In this document: piece after piece, positions 17,197-27,761 of the stretch
How positions within the stretch are numbered: the stretch's first letter is position 1
How the letters are laid out: each line of letters opens with the position of its first letter
Assembly (NCBI GenBank): GCA_963776345.1
Contig: CAVZMH010000011.1
Coordinates: 1 to 39,226, forward strand
DNA: 39,226 nucleotides
DNA from: an uncultured delta proteobacterium
GTDB taxonomy: Bacteria; Myxococcota; Myxococcia; Myxococcales; Myxococcaceae
Direction: 5' to 3'
Program-made: the position numbers and the translations under genes
The notes under the pieces: model-generated
The model's input: the letters and a program-made list of their open reading frames with translations, nothing else
Database searches by the model: none
Told to the model about the DNA's origin: nothing

Positions 17197-18828
17197 CTAG
17201 GCCTGTCCGGCCGCCGCGACCCGGCTGGCCTCGTGCAGCTGGGGAGCCTCGGCCAGGAACTGGAGCTCGGGGTGCTTCTCCTGCGCGTGCTGGAGCGCCC
17301 AGTCGTCCCGGAAGAGGACCAGCGGGAGCCCGTCCCGGTCCTGGACCGTCTGACGGTTTCCCTCCCAGTCGAACGAGCGCGGATCGAAGCTCTCCCCCAC
17401 CACCCAGCGGGCGTGGGCGTACGGGAGGCGGTCCAGGGCGATGGCCGCGCCGTACTCGTGCTCGATCCGGTACTGGAGCACCTCGAACTGGAGCGCGCCC
17501 ACCACGCCGACGATGGGGTCGCGCATGCCCATCTGGAGCTGCTGGAAGATCTGGATGGTGCCTTCCTCGCTGAGCTGCTCCAGGCCCTTCTCCACCTGCT
17601 TGCGCCGGAGCGGGTCCTTGCTGCGGACCACGGCGAAGTGCTCCGGCGAGAAGCGGGGGACGCCGTCGAAGCGGAACGGCTCGCCGTCCACCAGGGTGTC
17701 GCCGATCCGGTAGAGCCCCGGGTCGAAGAGGCCGATGACGTCTCCGGGCCAGGCCTCCTCGATGGCGGTGCGCTCGGCGGCCATGAACTGGCTGGGGTTG
17801 GCGAGGCGGACCGACTTCCCGAGCCGCACGTGGTGGGCGTTCATCCCCTTCACGTAGCGGCCGGAGACCACCCGGATGAAGGCGATCCGGTCGCGGTGCG
17901 CGGGGTCCATGTTCGCCTGGATCTTGAAGACGAAGCCGCTGAAGCGATCGGCGGTGGGCGGCTGCGACCCCTGGTCGGTGTGGCGCGCGGCGGGCGGCGG
18001 GGCGAGGTCGAGGAAGGCGTCGAGGAACGGCCGGACGCCGAAGTTGGTCATCGCCGAGCCGAAGAACATCGGGGTGATCTGCCCCTGGTCGCTCTTCTCG
18101 CGGTTGAAGGCGTCGCCGCCGACGTCGAGGAGCTCCACGTCCTCGCGCAGCTGCGCCAGCTCGGCGGGGGCGAGGACCTGGGAGATCTCCGGGGAGTCGA
18201 GCGAGACGCTGCGCTCTCCGACCTCGGCCTCGCCGTGGGTGCCCTCGGAGGAGAAGACGTGCACCACCCGGGCCGCGCGGTCGTAGACGCCGCGGAACTC
18301 GGGGCCCATGCCGATGGGCCAGTTCATCGGGTAGGCGCGGATGCCGAGCACCTGCTCCAGCTCGTCCATGAGGTCGAGCGGCGCGCGGCCGTACCGGTCG
18401 AGCTTGTTGACGAAGGTGAAGATGGGGATGGCCCGCATCCGGCAGACCTGGAAGAGCTTCTTGGTCTGGGGCTCGACGCCCTTGGCGGCGTCGATGAGCA
18501 TCACCGCGCTGTCGGCGGCGGAGAGCGTCCGGTAGGTGTCCTCGGAGAAGTCCTGGTGGCCCGGGGTGTCGAGCAGGTTGACCGCGTGGCCGCGGTAGTC
18601 GAACTGGAGGACCGAGGAGGTGACGGAGATGCCGCGCTCCTTCTCCAGCTCCATCCAGTCCGAGGTGGCGTGCCGGCGCGCGCGGCGGGCCTTGACGCTC
18701 CCGGCGAGGTGGATGGCCCCGCCGTAGAGCAGCAGCTTCTCGGTGAGCGTGGTCTTCCCGGCGTCGGGGTGGCTGATGATGGCGAAGGTGCGCCGGCGGG
18801 CGACCTGCCGTTCGAGCTCGGACGTCAT
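17197..18828 (-). CDS. prfC: Peptide chain release factor 3
   Basis: RRTFAIISHPDAGKTTLTEKLLL, SDWMELEKERGIS, DTPGHQDFSEDTYR, FKIQANMDPAHRDR. Confidence 0.98.
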   Translation of the reverse strand: MTSELERQVARRRTFAIISHPDAGKTTLTEKLLLYGGAIHLAGSVKARRARRHATSDWMELEKERGISVTSSVLQFDYRGHAVNLLDTPGHQDFSEDTYRTLSAADSAVMLIDAAKGVEPQTKKLFQVCRMRAIPIFTFVNKLDRYGRAPLDLMDELEQVLGIRAYPMNWPIGMGPEFRGVYDRAARVVHVFSSEGTHGEAEVGERSVSLDSPEISQVLAPAELAQLREDVELLDVGGDAFNREKSDQGQITPMFFGSAMTNFGVRPFLDAFLDLAPPPAARHTDQGSQPPTADRFSGFVFKIQANMDPAHRDRIAFIRVVSGRYVKGMNAHHVRLGKSVRLANPSQFMAAERTAIEEAWPGDVIGLFDPGLYRIGDTLVDGEPFRFDGVPRFSPEHFAVVRSKDPLRRKQVEKGLEQLSEEGTIQIFQQLQMGMRDPIVGVVGALQFEVLQYRIEHEYGAAIALDRLPYAHARWVVGESFDPRSFDWEGNRQTVQDRDGLPLVLFRDDWALQHAQEKHPELQFLAEAPQLHEASRVAAAGQA

Positions 18829-18880
18829 GGCGGGCCGGTCCCTCTAACACGGCCGGAGCCCCTCCGCCGGCCGGCCGAGC

Positions 18881-18961
18881 GCCTCCGAGGTGTCCCGCCT
18901 CCGAGGTCGCCTCCGAGGTGTCTGACACCTCCGGTGGGCCTCCGAGGTGTCAGACACCTCC
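18881..18961. repeat. REP-like cluster: GCCTCCGAGGT x4 and two GAGGTGTC(T/A)GACACCTC palindromes
   Basis: Palindromes at 18915-18931 and 18944-18960, intergenic upstream of prfC. Confidence 0.75.
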
Positions 18962-18990
18962 GACGCGCGCCCGGGAACAGGCAGGTGCGG

Positions 18991-19034
18991 GAAAAGAGAA
19001 GCCCCGACCGCCCGGGGTTGGGAGCGGTCGGGGC
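18991..19034 (-). terminator. Rho-independent terminator
   Basis: GCCCCGACCGC/GCGGTCGGGGC stem followed on the minus strand by TTCTCTTTTC, about 25 bp after the stop at 19060. Confidence 0.7.
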
Positions 19035-19059
19035 CTGGCCCCGGGGGCTCGGCGCTCGA

Positions 19060-20253
19060 CTAGCTGTTGCCCGAGGGCATCGTGTCCGGGACCGTCGGGA
19101 CGTCGCTGGCCGGCGCGTCGGGGTCGGGGGCGGCGTCGTTCTGCTCGGAGGGATCCATGTAGTCGCGCATCCCGGTGGCGAGCACCACGTCACAGGCGGA
19201 CTCGTCACCGGTCTTGGTCCAGGTGCAGCTTCCGGTGCCGGGCTCGTCACCGGGCGAGCAGAGCGCGGTGGCCTTGAAGACCAGGGCCTCGGCCCGGTCC
19301 CAGCACTCGCGACCGAAGAAGACCTTGTCCCCGAGGTCGCCGCCGAGCACCGCCACCTCCGCGCGCCCGCCCACGCCGGGGTTGAACCGGGCCCGGCCGA
19401 GCAGCAGCTCCTTGGCGGGGGTGTCGTTGGGGATCTCCGGGATGTCGCCGTAGCGGGCCACCCGGACGCTGGTCACGCCGCTGAGACCGTTCTTGTGGGC
19501 GTAGAAGACGGCGTCCACCGGCTGCCACTGGGTGGTGTCGGCCGAGAAGTTCCTGAGCGCGTACACCAGCGTCTTGCTCTGGTCGTTCGACACGCCAGCA
19601 TCCGCCGCGCCGACGCCGAATCCGTGGTGGCTGAAGGCGACGAAGAGCTTGCCCTGACCGGGGAAGGTGGTGACCACGGTCTTGTAGGCGTCGAGATCGA
19701 TGCCGATGGTGCCGCGGCCGCGGTGCACCTGATCGCTCGGAACCTTGAAGGTGGTGCCCGCGACGAAGGCAACGTACGCGGTGTCGGCGTCGCCGGTGGC
19801 CTTGACTTGAAGTCTCCAGCCGTAGTGGTTGCCCGCGACGCGGACCACGGAGAGCAGGTAGCTGAACCCGTCCTTGTCGTAGGGACCGTACTGGTAGACC
19901 TGCCCTCGGGTCTGCGAGGGGCCCTGGGTGAGGACCAGCTGCTCCACCGGGCCGAAGGCGTCCTTCAGGCCCTGGTTGAGGCTCCTGATGGCGTCGCGGA
20001 TCTTCGGAAGCCACTCGGGCGAGGTGCTCGCCTGGAGGTCCGCTCCCGGCGCCGGCGCGATCAGGCTCTGCTCGGATCCGGTGGACGCGGTGAGACTCGT
20101 GCCCTCGGACGCGGCGCCGGAGACCTCGGCAGACAGGCCGGAGAAGGTGGGAACTGCCGACTGGTACTCGTCCGGCCCGTTGCTGGTGCTGTTGCCACAC
20201 GCGGCCGCCAGGAACAGGCCGGCCACGAGGAACGATTGACGTGCGAGCTTCAT
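19060..20253 (-). CDS. Myxobacterial-type lipoprotein of unknown function
   Basis: GGGAG RBS; MKLAR..LFLAAAC lipobox; Cys-containing C-terminal region. Confidence 0.8.
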   Translation of the reverse strand: MKLARQSFLVAGLFLAAACGNSTSNGPDEYQSAVPTFSGLSAEVSGAASEGTSLTASTGSEQSLIAPAPGADLQASTSPEWLPKIRDAIRSLNQGLKDAFGPVEQLVLTQGPSQTRGQVYQYGPYDKDGFSYLLSVVRVAGNHYGWRLQVKATGDADTAYVAFVAGTTFKVPSDQVHRGRGTIGIDLDAYKTVVTTFPGQGKLFVAFSHHGFGVGAADAGVSNDQSKTLVYALRNFSADTTQWQPVDAVFYAHKNGLSGVTSVRVARYGDIPEIPNDTPAKELLLGRARFNPGVGGRAEVAVLGGDLGDKVFFGRECWDRAEALVFKATALCSPGDEPGTGSCTWTKTGDESACDVVLATGMRDYMDPSEQNDAAPDPDAPASDVPTVPDTMPSGNS

Positions 20254-20374
20254 GACTCCCTCTTTCGACAAGGCATCGAGTGACACCGCGCACCGCGACG
20301 GCCGGTGCGTCCGGGTGCCTCCAGGAACCCGGGAGGGAGGGGGCGAGTTGCGGGGCTGAGCCTCATCGGCCCGG

Positions 20375-21172
20375 CTAGCTGCTGGCGGAGGTGTAGCGGG
20401 CGATGCTCGACAGCCAGACCCGCCTGGAGAGCCACCCGAACGCACCCGCTCCCACCACCGACCAGGCGAGGGCGGGGAGTGGAAGCCGACCCAGCATCGC
20501 CTCCGCGGGGAAGGTGGTCATCAGCGCCAGCGGCACGATGAAGGTGAACACCCAGCGCATCACGCCGCGGAAGACGTGCACCGGCCAGCGGGCGGCGTCG
20601 AAGATGGAGTTGAAGAGGTTGGTGAGGTTGTCGATCTTCACCACGTAGAAGGCGGCGCTCACGGTGAGGATCCACAGCGAGTAGAGCAGCGCGGTGGCGT
20701 TGAGGAGCAGGAGCACCGCCGCGAACGAGCCGGGCAGCGAGGGCGGCCGGCCCATCCGCACGAAGGCCACGGTCCACAGCACCACGGCGGTGACGACGTT
20801 GGTGCTGCGCCAGGGCTCGAAGCGCGCGGTGGACACCAGGAACTGCGCGTCCGCGGGCTTGAGCAGCACGAAGTCCAGGGTGCCCTTCCGGATGTGCTCC
20901 ACCACCGCGGTGAGGCTCGGGTTGATGGCGCCCTCGAGGATGGCCTCGAGGAGGGTGAACCAGCCGGTCACCACCAGCGCCTCCTCGAAGGTCCACCCGG
21001 CCACGCTCTCCCGGAGGTGGAACACCGTGAACAGCGGCACCAGCGCGGTGAGGGTCCAGAACAGGGAGACCACCCCGTCGAGCACGAAGTCCGCCCGGTA
21101 CTGGAGCCCGAGCAGGACCGAGCTGCGGACCTGCACCCGGAACAGCCGCCAGTAGCGCCCGACGCCGCTCAT
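20375..21172 (-). CDS. ABC-2 type transporter permease
   Basis: LQYRADF, ESVAGWTF, IRKGTLDFVLLKP. Confidence 0.9.
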   Translation of the reverse strand: MSGVGRYWRLFRVQVRSSVLLGLQYRADFVLDGVVSLFWTLTALVPLFTVFHLRESVAGWTFEEALVVTGWFTLLEAILEGAINPSLTAVVEHIRKGTLDFVLLKPADAQFLVSTARFEPWRSTNVVTAVVLWTVAFVRMGRPPSLPGSFAAVLLLLNATALLYSLWILTVSAAFYVVKIDNLTNLFNSIFDAARWPVHVFRGVMRWVFTFIVPLALMTTFPAEAMLGRLPLPALAWSVVGAGAFGWLSRRVWLSSIARYTSASS

Positions 21173-21972
21173 CCGCCGTAGGCCGCGAAGCGCCGCAGCC
21201 CCTTCCGCCAGATGGCGCGCACCCCGAGCAGGAAGAGGCCCACCCAGATCCACTGCCCGAGCAGGAGCCGGAGGGCGGTCGCGCGGTCCAGCCCGCGGGT
21301 GAGGAGCTCGACCGGGAAGCCGATCTGGTACCGGAAGGGGAGCACCTCGATGGTGCCGCGGATGACCGGCGGGAAGAGCTCCACCGGGATGAGGTACCCG
21401 CTGAAGACCATGTAGAGGGCGAGCCACACGTCCATCACCTTCACGCTGCTCCCGGTCCAGAGCGCGAGCGTGCCGATGCCGGCGTTGGCCAGGAAGGTGA
21501 TGAGCCAGCCGCCGAGCAGCGAGAGCAGGAACACCCCCCAGAGCACCGGGTCCCGGGGCAACCGCTGGGCGCCGGTGAGGACCAGGGCCAGCACCGCCAC
21601 CGGGAGCGACACCAGCAGCCGCAGCGGGATGGCCGAGAGGTTCTCCACCGCATAGGACACCATGGGGTGCAGCGGGCGGAGCAGGCGCATGGCCAGCGTC
21701 CCGGTGCGCACCTCGAAGCTCAGCTGCCAGGCCAACCAGGCGCCGGTGAGCTGGCGGACGATGAAGGTGGCGAGGAAGTAGGCCACGAAGTCCGCCTGGT
21801 CGAAGCGGCCCACCGGCGCGTCGTGGGCCACCGCCGCCCAGAGCGCGAGCATGATCAGCGGCATGGTGGTGGCCAGCACCCAGACCAGCATCTCGGCCCG
21901 GTAGGCCACCATCTCCGCGAACCCCACCCGGAAGAGGGTCGGGAGGGCGCGCACGGTGCTCCGCAGGCTCAC
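21169..21972 (-). CDS. ABC-2 type transporter permease
   Basis: MVAYRAEM, EVRTGTLAMRLLRP, FSGYLIPVELFP; GTG start overlaps the ATPase stop. Confidence 0.9.
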   Translation of the reverse strand: MSLRSTVRALPTLFRVGFAEMVAYRAEMLVWVLATTMPLIMLALWAAVAHDAPVGRFDQADFVAYFLATFIVRQLTGAWLAWQLSFEVRTGTLAMRLLRPLHPMVSYAVENLSAIPLRLLVSLPVAVLALVLTGAQRLPRDPVLWGVFLLSLLGGWLITFLANAGIGTLALWTGSSVKVMDVWLALYMVFSGYLIPVELFPPVIRGTIEVLPFRYQIGFPVELLTRGLDRATALRLLLGQWIWVGLFLLGVRAIWRKGLRRFAAYGG

Positions 21973-22983
21973 GCCGCGTCCTCCACCTGGCCGCGGGCCG
22001 CCCGGCTCTGGGCGAAGAGCTCGCTCATCACCTCCTCCAGCGGGGCGTTCTCCACCGTGAGGTCGTGGACCGGGAGGGTGGCCAGGGCGCGCGAGACCGC
22101 CGCGCTGACCGCGTCCTGGGGGACCTGGAGGACCACCCCCGCGGCGTCGGTGGAGACCACGCGGCCCACGGCGTCGAGCACGGCGCGATCCACCGGAGCG
22201 TCCAGGCGGAGGACCAGCCGCTTCTCGGGCCGGATGCGGCGCACCAGCTCGTCGAGCGCGCCGTCGTAGCTGAGGACGCCCTTGTCGATCACCACCACCC
22301 GGGGACAGAGCGCCGCGACGTCGTCCATGTAGTGGCTGGTGAGAATGAGCGTGGCGCCGGTGCGCTCGTTGTAGGCCTTGATGAAGTCGCGGATGACCAC
22401 CTGCATCGACACGTCGAGCCCGATGGTGGGCTCGTCGAGGAACAAGCACCTGCGGCCGGTGGATGAGCGAGGCCGCGAGCTCGCACTTCATCCGCTCGCC
22501 GAGCGAGAGCGTGCGGGTGGGCTGGTTGACCAGGTCTCCCAGCTCGAGCAGCTCGGTGAGCTCGGCGAGGGTGCGGCGGAACTCGGGCTCGGGCACCTCG
22601 TAGATGGCCCGGTTGAGGGCGAAGGTCTCCGAGGGAGGGAGGTCCCAGAGGAGCTGCTGCTTCTGGCCCATGACCAGGGTGATCTTCTTGAGGAACGCGT
22701 CCTCGCGGCGCTGGGGCACGTGGCCGTCGACCCGGACCTCGCCGGACGAGGGGAAGAGCAGGCCGGCGAGGACCTTGAGGGTGGTGGTCTTCCCCGCGCC
22801 GTTGGGGCCGAGGAACCCCACCCGCTCGCCGCGGGCGATCTCGAACGAGATGCCGTCCACCGCCTTCACCACGGTGGGGACGCGCCGGAAGAGCGAGCCC
22901 AGGGCGGCCTTGAGTCCAGGCGGACGCTTGTGGACGGTGTAGTGCTTCCGCAGAGCCTGCACCGACACCATGGTCTGAGCCAT
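21969..22983 (-). CDS. ABC transporter ATP-binding protein with a +1 frameshift near 22445
   Basis: GPNGAGKTT and LSLGERMK in one frame; FLDEPTIGLD and TSH in another. Confidence 0.9.
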
Positions 22984-23024
22984 CGGGTCTCCACTCCTAG
23001 CGTGCTACGCTCTTCACCGCAGCG

Positions 23025-24179
23025 GTGAACCTCGGCCTCGTTCTCACAGGCGGCGGAGCGCGCGCCGCGTATCAGGTCGGCGCTCTCAGGGCGCTGGCGG
23101 AGCTGTTCGAAAAAGGACCCCTCCCCTTCCAGGTCGTCTGCGGCGTCTCGGCGGGGGCGATCAACGGCTCCGCGCTCGCCGCGGAGGCGGAGGACTTCCC
23201 CCGGGCGGTGGAGCACCTGGCGAACACCTGGCTCACGCTGACCCCGGACCACGTCTACCGGACCGACGCCCTCAGCCTGGTGTCCATCGGCTCGGGCTGG
23301 TTCCGGGGACTGACCGCGGGTGGGGCGCAGCCTCCGCGGCGGTACAACCACCTGCTGGACACGGCGCCGCTGCGCGAGCTCCTGGAGCGGGAGATCACGT
23401 TCGAGCGGATCCGCGAGAACGTGGAGCGGGGGCTGCTGCGCGGGCTGGCGATCTCGGCCACCAACTACGAGACCGGCACCTCGGTGACCTTCTTCGACGG
23501 CGCGCCCGATCTTCACCCCTGGGCCCGGAGCCGGCGGATGGGGGTGCGGACCGCCATCACCCTCGACCAGGTGATGGCCTCGGCGTCCATCCCCATCTTC
23601 TTTCCCCCGGTGCAGGTGGGGCGGGCCTGGTACGGCGACGGCGGGGTGCGGCTGAGCGCGCCGATGAGCCCGGCCCTGCACCTGGGCGCCGACCGGGTCC
23701 TGGCCATCGGCATTCGACACCCGCGCAGCGCCGAGGAGACCGCCGAGCTGAACGAGGTGCCGGCGCGCGACGACCTGCCGCTCTCGGAGATCCTCGGCGT
23801 GCTGATGAACGCGGTGTTCCTCGACTCGCTCGAGCCGGACATCGAGCGGGTGGAGCGGGTGACCGACATGCTGGACTCGATCCAGCGGCCGGCCGATTCG
23901 CACCTCCGGCCGGTGCGCATCCTCCTGCTGCAGCCGAGCCAGGACCTGGCGGCGCTCGCCGCGGACCAGGTGATCCGGTTCCCGCGCGGGTTGCGGTTCC
24001 TGCTCAAGGGCCTGGGGGTGAGCCAGAAGGGCGGCGCGGACCTCCTGAGCTACCTGGCATTCGAGCACGAGTACATCGAGCGGCTGGTGACGCTCGGGTA
24101 CGAGGACACCCGGGCCCGGTCCGACGAGGTCCGCGAGTTCGTGCGGGGCGGAGCGGGCGCGCTGACCCAGGCGGGGTGA
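23025..24179 (+). CDS. Patatin-like phospholipase
   Basis: GGGARA, GVSAG and DGG motifs. Confidence 0.92.
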   Translation: MNLGLVLTGGGARAAYQVGALRALAELFEKGPLPFQVVCGVSAGAINGSALAAEAEDFPRAVEHLANTWLTLTPDHVYRTDALSLVSIGSGWFRGLTAGGAQPPRRYNHLLDTAPLRELLEREITFERIRENVERGLLRGLAISATNYETGTSVTFFDGAPDLHPWARSRRMGVRTAITLDQVMASASIPIFFPPVQVGRAWYGDGGVRLSAPMSPALHLGADRVLAIGIRHPRSAEETAELNEVPARDDLPLSEILGVLMNAVFLDSLEPDIERVERVTDMLDSIQRPADSHLRPVRILLLQPSQDLAALAADQVIRFPRGLRFLLKGLGVSQKGGADLLSYLAFEHEYIERLVTLGYEDTRARSDEVREFVRGGAGALTQAG

Positions 24180-24253
24180 GCAGCAGCCGCTGCGAGGGCG
24201 GCCACCACGGCGCTCGGAGCGCGTGTCCCGCCGCGGTGCTAGTGAGGCGAGCC

Positions 24254-25408
24254 GTGGCCGCTCTCGACGTCGACCGCTCGCTCGCCCGCTGGATGCCGCG
24301 CCTGGTCGCGGTGTGGCGGCGTCACCGGGGGCTTCCCGAGGGACCGCCCACGCTGGGAGGGCGCGAGCTGAAGGAGGTCGCCCAGGGGATCCGGACGCTG
24401 TCCGCCGGGCTGACCCGCGAGCGGTCCCTGGTGGGCGCGCGGTACCTGGACGATCCGCGGCTGCTCGGGGCGTACCTCCTCTTCTACTGGCCGGTGAGCT
24501 ACGCGCAGGCGCGGGCGGTGCTCGGCGAGCTCCCGCGGCGACCGAGGACGGTGCTGGACCTCGGCTCCGGGCCCGGGCCGGTGGCCTTCGCGGCGCTGGA
24601 CGCCGGGGCGTCGGAGGTCACCGCCGCGGACCGGAGCGCTCCGGCTCTGGCGCTCGCCCGGGCGCTGGCGGCGGAGGCGGAGGAGCCGCTCGGCACCCGG
24701 CCGTGGAACGGGGGTAGGGAGCTTCCCGAGGGCGCGTTCGACGCGATCACCCTGGGGCACGTGCTGAACGAGCTCGGGCGTGGGCCGGGGGCGCTCGCCG
24801 ACCGCGCGGCGCTGCTCGAGCGGGCGGCGGCGCTGCTCCGGCCCGGAGGTTCGGTCATCGTGCTCGAGCCCGCGCTGCGGGACACCTCGCGCGAGCTGCT
24901 TCAAGTCAGAGATCTCCTGGTGGCGCGCGGGTTCGCGATCCGGGCGCCCTGTCTGTGGCGGGGCGGCTGCCCGGCGCTGGTGAAGGGGTCGGACTGGTGC
25001 CACGCCGAGCGAACCTGGTCGCCGCCACCGCTGCTCGATGCGCTGGCGCGCGAGGCCCGACTGCACAAGGAGGCGCTCAAGATGAGCTACCTGGTGCTCG
25101 CGCCTCGCGGGGAGGCCTGGCCCGAGCCTCCGGCGGGCAAGCTGTTCCGCATCGTCTCCGAGCCGCTCGAGGGGAAGGGGCGGCAGCGGTACATGGGCTG
25201 CGGCCCCGAGGGCCGGGTGGGCCTGGCGCTGCAGGACAAGCACCGGACGCCGGCGAACGAGGCGTTCTTCTCGCTCCGACGGGGCGACGTGGTGGCGGTC
25301 GAGGGCACCGAGCCACGGGGCGATGGGCTGGCGCTCGGCGAGGGGAGCTCGGTCCGGAAGGTCGCCGCCGCGGGCCAGGCGCTCCCGCCGCCCGCCCGGG
25401 AGCCCTGA
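24254..25408 (+). CDS. SAM-dependent methyltransferase, Rsm22-like
   Basis: AYLLFYWP, VLDLGSGPG, LEP, APC..GCP..DWCH; start uncertain (24176 or 24254). Confidence 0.82.
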   Translation: MAALDVDRSLARWMPRLVAVWRRHRGLPEGPPTLGGRELKEVAQGIRTLSAGLTRERSLVGARYLDDPRLLGAYLLFYWPVSYAQARAVLGELPRRPRTVLDLGSGPGPVAFAALDAGASEVTAADRSAPALALARALAAEAEEPLGTRPWNGGRELPEGAFDAITLGHVLNELGRGPGALADRAALLERAAALLRPGGSVIVLEPALRDTSRELLQVRDLLVARGFAIRAPCLWRGGCPALVKGSDWCHAERTWSPPPLLDALAREARLHKEALKMSYLVLAPRGEAWPEPPAGKLFRIVSEPLEGKGRQRYMGCGPEGRVGLALQDKHRTPANEAFFSLRRGDVVAVEGTEPRGDGLALGEGSSVRKVAAAGQALPPPAREP

Positions 25409-25518
25409 CGGTCAGGCCCTCGAGACTCCGCGGAGCAGCGCTTCGAGCCGGAAGCGGGAGCCCCGGGGGATAAGCCCCGAAAAGTCAGGTAAGTCACCTG
25501 ATTAATTTCGAGAACTCG

Positions 25519-27741
25519 TCAGAGGGCGCGAATTCCGGTCACGAAGAGCAGAAGGGCAAGGATCACCCCGATGGCCAGCGTCACCGCGCCGAAGATGTTC
25601 GCGCGCCGGCGCGCCCGGTCGCTGGGCGGCTGCATGAGCAGCTTGTCGAGTGTGCCGTCCTTCACCGCGCGCGCGTACTCCTCGGGCCGCTCGTGCTCGA
25701 AGCGCGACAGCGGCATGCCGCCGAGGAACATGACCGGGTCCATCGGAAACGCCTCCGGACGCAGGTGGGTGTGGAAGAAGTGGAAGAAGAAGATGAAGCC
25801 GGTCGCGAGCAGCGCCTCGTCGCTGTGGATGACGTAGGCCACGTTGAGCGCCCAGCCGGGGAGGAACTTCGTGAACCACATCGGCGCCCACAGCATCAGG
25901 CCCGAGATGCCGATCATCGGGACGCCCCAGAAGACCGCGAAGAAGTCGAACTTCTCCCAGTAGGCCCAGCGGTCGAGGTGGGGCGGCTTGCCCCGGTAGC
26001 AGAACCACTTGAAGTTGGCCCACAGGTCCTGAAGGTCCTTCCACCGGGGAGTCATCGACGCCCAGCCCCAGAACAGGCCCTTGGTGCGCTTCACCAGCGC
26101 CTCGTAGAGCAGGTAGGCGAGGAAGACCGCGGCGTAGCCGAACGTCAGGACGCCAGCAATGCGGTGCAGGAGCTGGTTCGCCGCCGGCCCACCGAACAGG
26201 CTCTCGATCGGCCGGGCCCAGCCCTGGCCGCTGAACTTGAGCGGCAGGCCGGTGGCGCCGAGAGTGAGGAAGGTCAGCACGATGGCGACGTGGATGCCGA
26301 TGTGGATCGGCCGGAAGCGGCGCACCCACGGCTCGCCCGGCTTCTCGCTCTCGGGCAGCTCGTGGCGCCACGCCGCGACGAGGGCGCGCTGCAGCCACAG
26401 GAGCGCGTGCACGCCGAAGAAGCCCATGACCCCGAAGAGGAGCAGGGTCATGAACTTGTAGATCCAGTACACCTTGGCGTTGCGCGCCTTGCTGTCCGGG
26501 TCGGCGTGGACGTCGAACTTGAGGAACTCGCCGCTCGCGCCCGCGTGGCAGCGGCCGCAGGTCGCGGCCAGGTTCTTTGGCTGGACCGTCGACCTCGGGT
26601 CGGTCGCGGGCAGCATGTAGTGTGGCGTGTGGCAGTCCGCACAGGTCGCGGCGGCGGCCTGGCCGAGCCGCGTCGCCTTGCCGTGGAAGCTCTCCCGGTA
26701 GGTACGGCTGGCCTCCTCGTGGCAGGCGCCGCAGGTGTCGGCCATCTTGAGGTTGTTGGCGTAGACCATCGGGTCGAAGGTCTCGTGGCCCGAGTGGCAG
26801 TCGACGCAGACCGGGTACTTCTTGGGGCGTTCGGCCGCGGGCGTCTGGGGCTCGGCGCCGGGCTTGACCCGCGCCGGGTCCTTGTCGGCGAGCCACTTCT
26901 GTCCGTGCGTGCTCTCCTTCCAGCGCGAGACGATGAACTCGTGGCACTGGCCGCAGGTCTCGACCGAGTTGACCTTCGCGACCTTCGAGGTCTCGCTCTT
27001 GACCTTGGCGATGTCGTGCGCGCCGTGGCACGTGCTGCACGTCGGCGCGACGGCGAGCCCGGAACGAAGCAGCCCTTGGCCGTGGACGCTGGTGCGGAAG
27101 GCGCGCACGTGCTCCGTGTCGTGGCATTCGCCGCAGGTCGTGACCTGCAGCACCTTCGACATCGGCGCCGTCGGGTCCTTGTGCGCCTTGGGCGCGTGCA
27201 GGTCGCCGTGACAGTCCATGCAGCGGACCCGCTGCTTCTCGGTGGTACCGTGGATGCTGGCATTGGCTGCCGTCACCTGATCGCCGTGACACCTCTTGCA
27301 GGTCGAGCTGTCGTCACGCTTGAACGCTCCGTGAGCGGACCCGTGGCAGTTCTCGCACAACAGATCCTTGTGCAGCCCCGAGGTCTGTCTGCGTGTTTCG
27401 TCGGGATGGCATCCCGTGCATGTCTTCTCTGGAGGGAGCTCGTCGAGCGCGCGCTCGTGTTTTACCTGGCCGTCGGTCACGTTCGCATGGCACTGGGTGC
27501 ACGCGAGCTCCTTGTGTGCCGGGTGCTCGACCGCTTTCAGATCCTGATGGCAGCCGGCGGTACATGCGGCGCTCTTCTGTCTCGCCTCGGCGGACGGCAG
27601 GCGCTGCACCGGCGTGGCCGCGCCAGGCAGAGTTCCAGCGTCCTGCGCGGCCACCGGGGCTGTCACCGAGAGCGCCGCCCAAAGGGCGAACAGCACGCTC
27701 GAGCCCGGCCTCACCACCAGCGCGAAGCGAAACCTGTGCAT
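25519..27741 (-). CDS. Multiheme cytochrome c fused to a cytochrome b membrane domain (CbcL-like)
   Basis: Signal peptide; 12 CxxCH plus one CX3CH (CTAGCH); C-terminal TM domain with TGLP, HR, YWEKFDF, HSDEALLATGFIF, HFFHTHLRPE. Confidence 0.85.
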   Translation of the reverse strand: MHRFRFALVVRPGSSVLFALWAALSVTAPVAAQDAGTLPGAATPVQRLPSAEARQKSAACTAGCHQDLKAVEHPAHKELACTQCHANVTDGQVKHERALDELPPEKTCTGCHPDETRRQTSGLHKDLLCENCHGSAHGAFKRDDSSTCKRCHGDQVTAANASIHGTTEKQRVRCMDCHGDLHAPKAHKDPTAPMSKVLQVTTCGECHDTEHVRAFRTSVHGQGLLRSGLAVAPTCSTCHGAHDIAKVKSETSKVAKVNSVETCGQCHEFIVSRWKESTHGQKWLADKDPARVKPGAEPQTPAAERPKKYPVCVDCHSGHETFDPMVYANNLKMADTCGACHEEASRTYRESFHGKATRLGQAAAATCADCHTPHYMLPATDPRSTVQPKNLAATCGRCHAGASGEFLKFDVHADPDSKARNAKVYWIYKFMTLLLFGVMGFFGVHALLWLQRALVAAWRHELPESEKPGEPWVRRFRPIHIGIHVAIVLTFLTLGATGLPLKFSGQGWARPIESLFGGPAANQLLHRIAGVLTFGYAAVFLAYLLYEALVKRTKGLFWGWASMTPRWKDLQDLWANFKWFCYRGKPPHLDRWAYWEKFDFFAVFWGVPMIGISGLMLWAPMWFTKFLPGWALNVAYVIHSDEALLATGFIFFFHFFHTHLRPEAFPMDPVMFLGGMPLSRFEHERPEEYARAVKDGTLDKLLMQPPSDRARRRANIFGAVTLAIGVILALLLFVTGIRAL

Positions 27742-27761
27742 GTTTCCCTCTGGTGAGACTC

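Noticed and set aside
21169..22983. 604-aa ATPase-permease fusion in the ORF track (likewise 32250-35234 and 16811-18928)
   Set aside because: Caused by the frameshift or by stop-free upstream frames; the real genes have their own internal starts.
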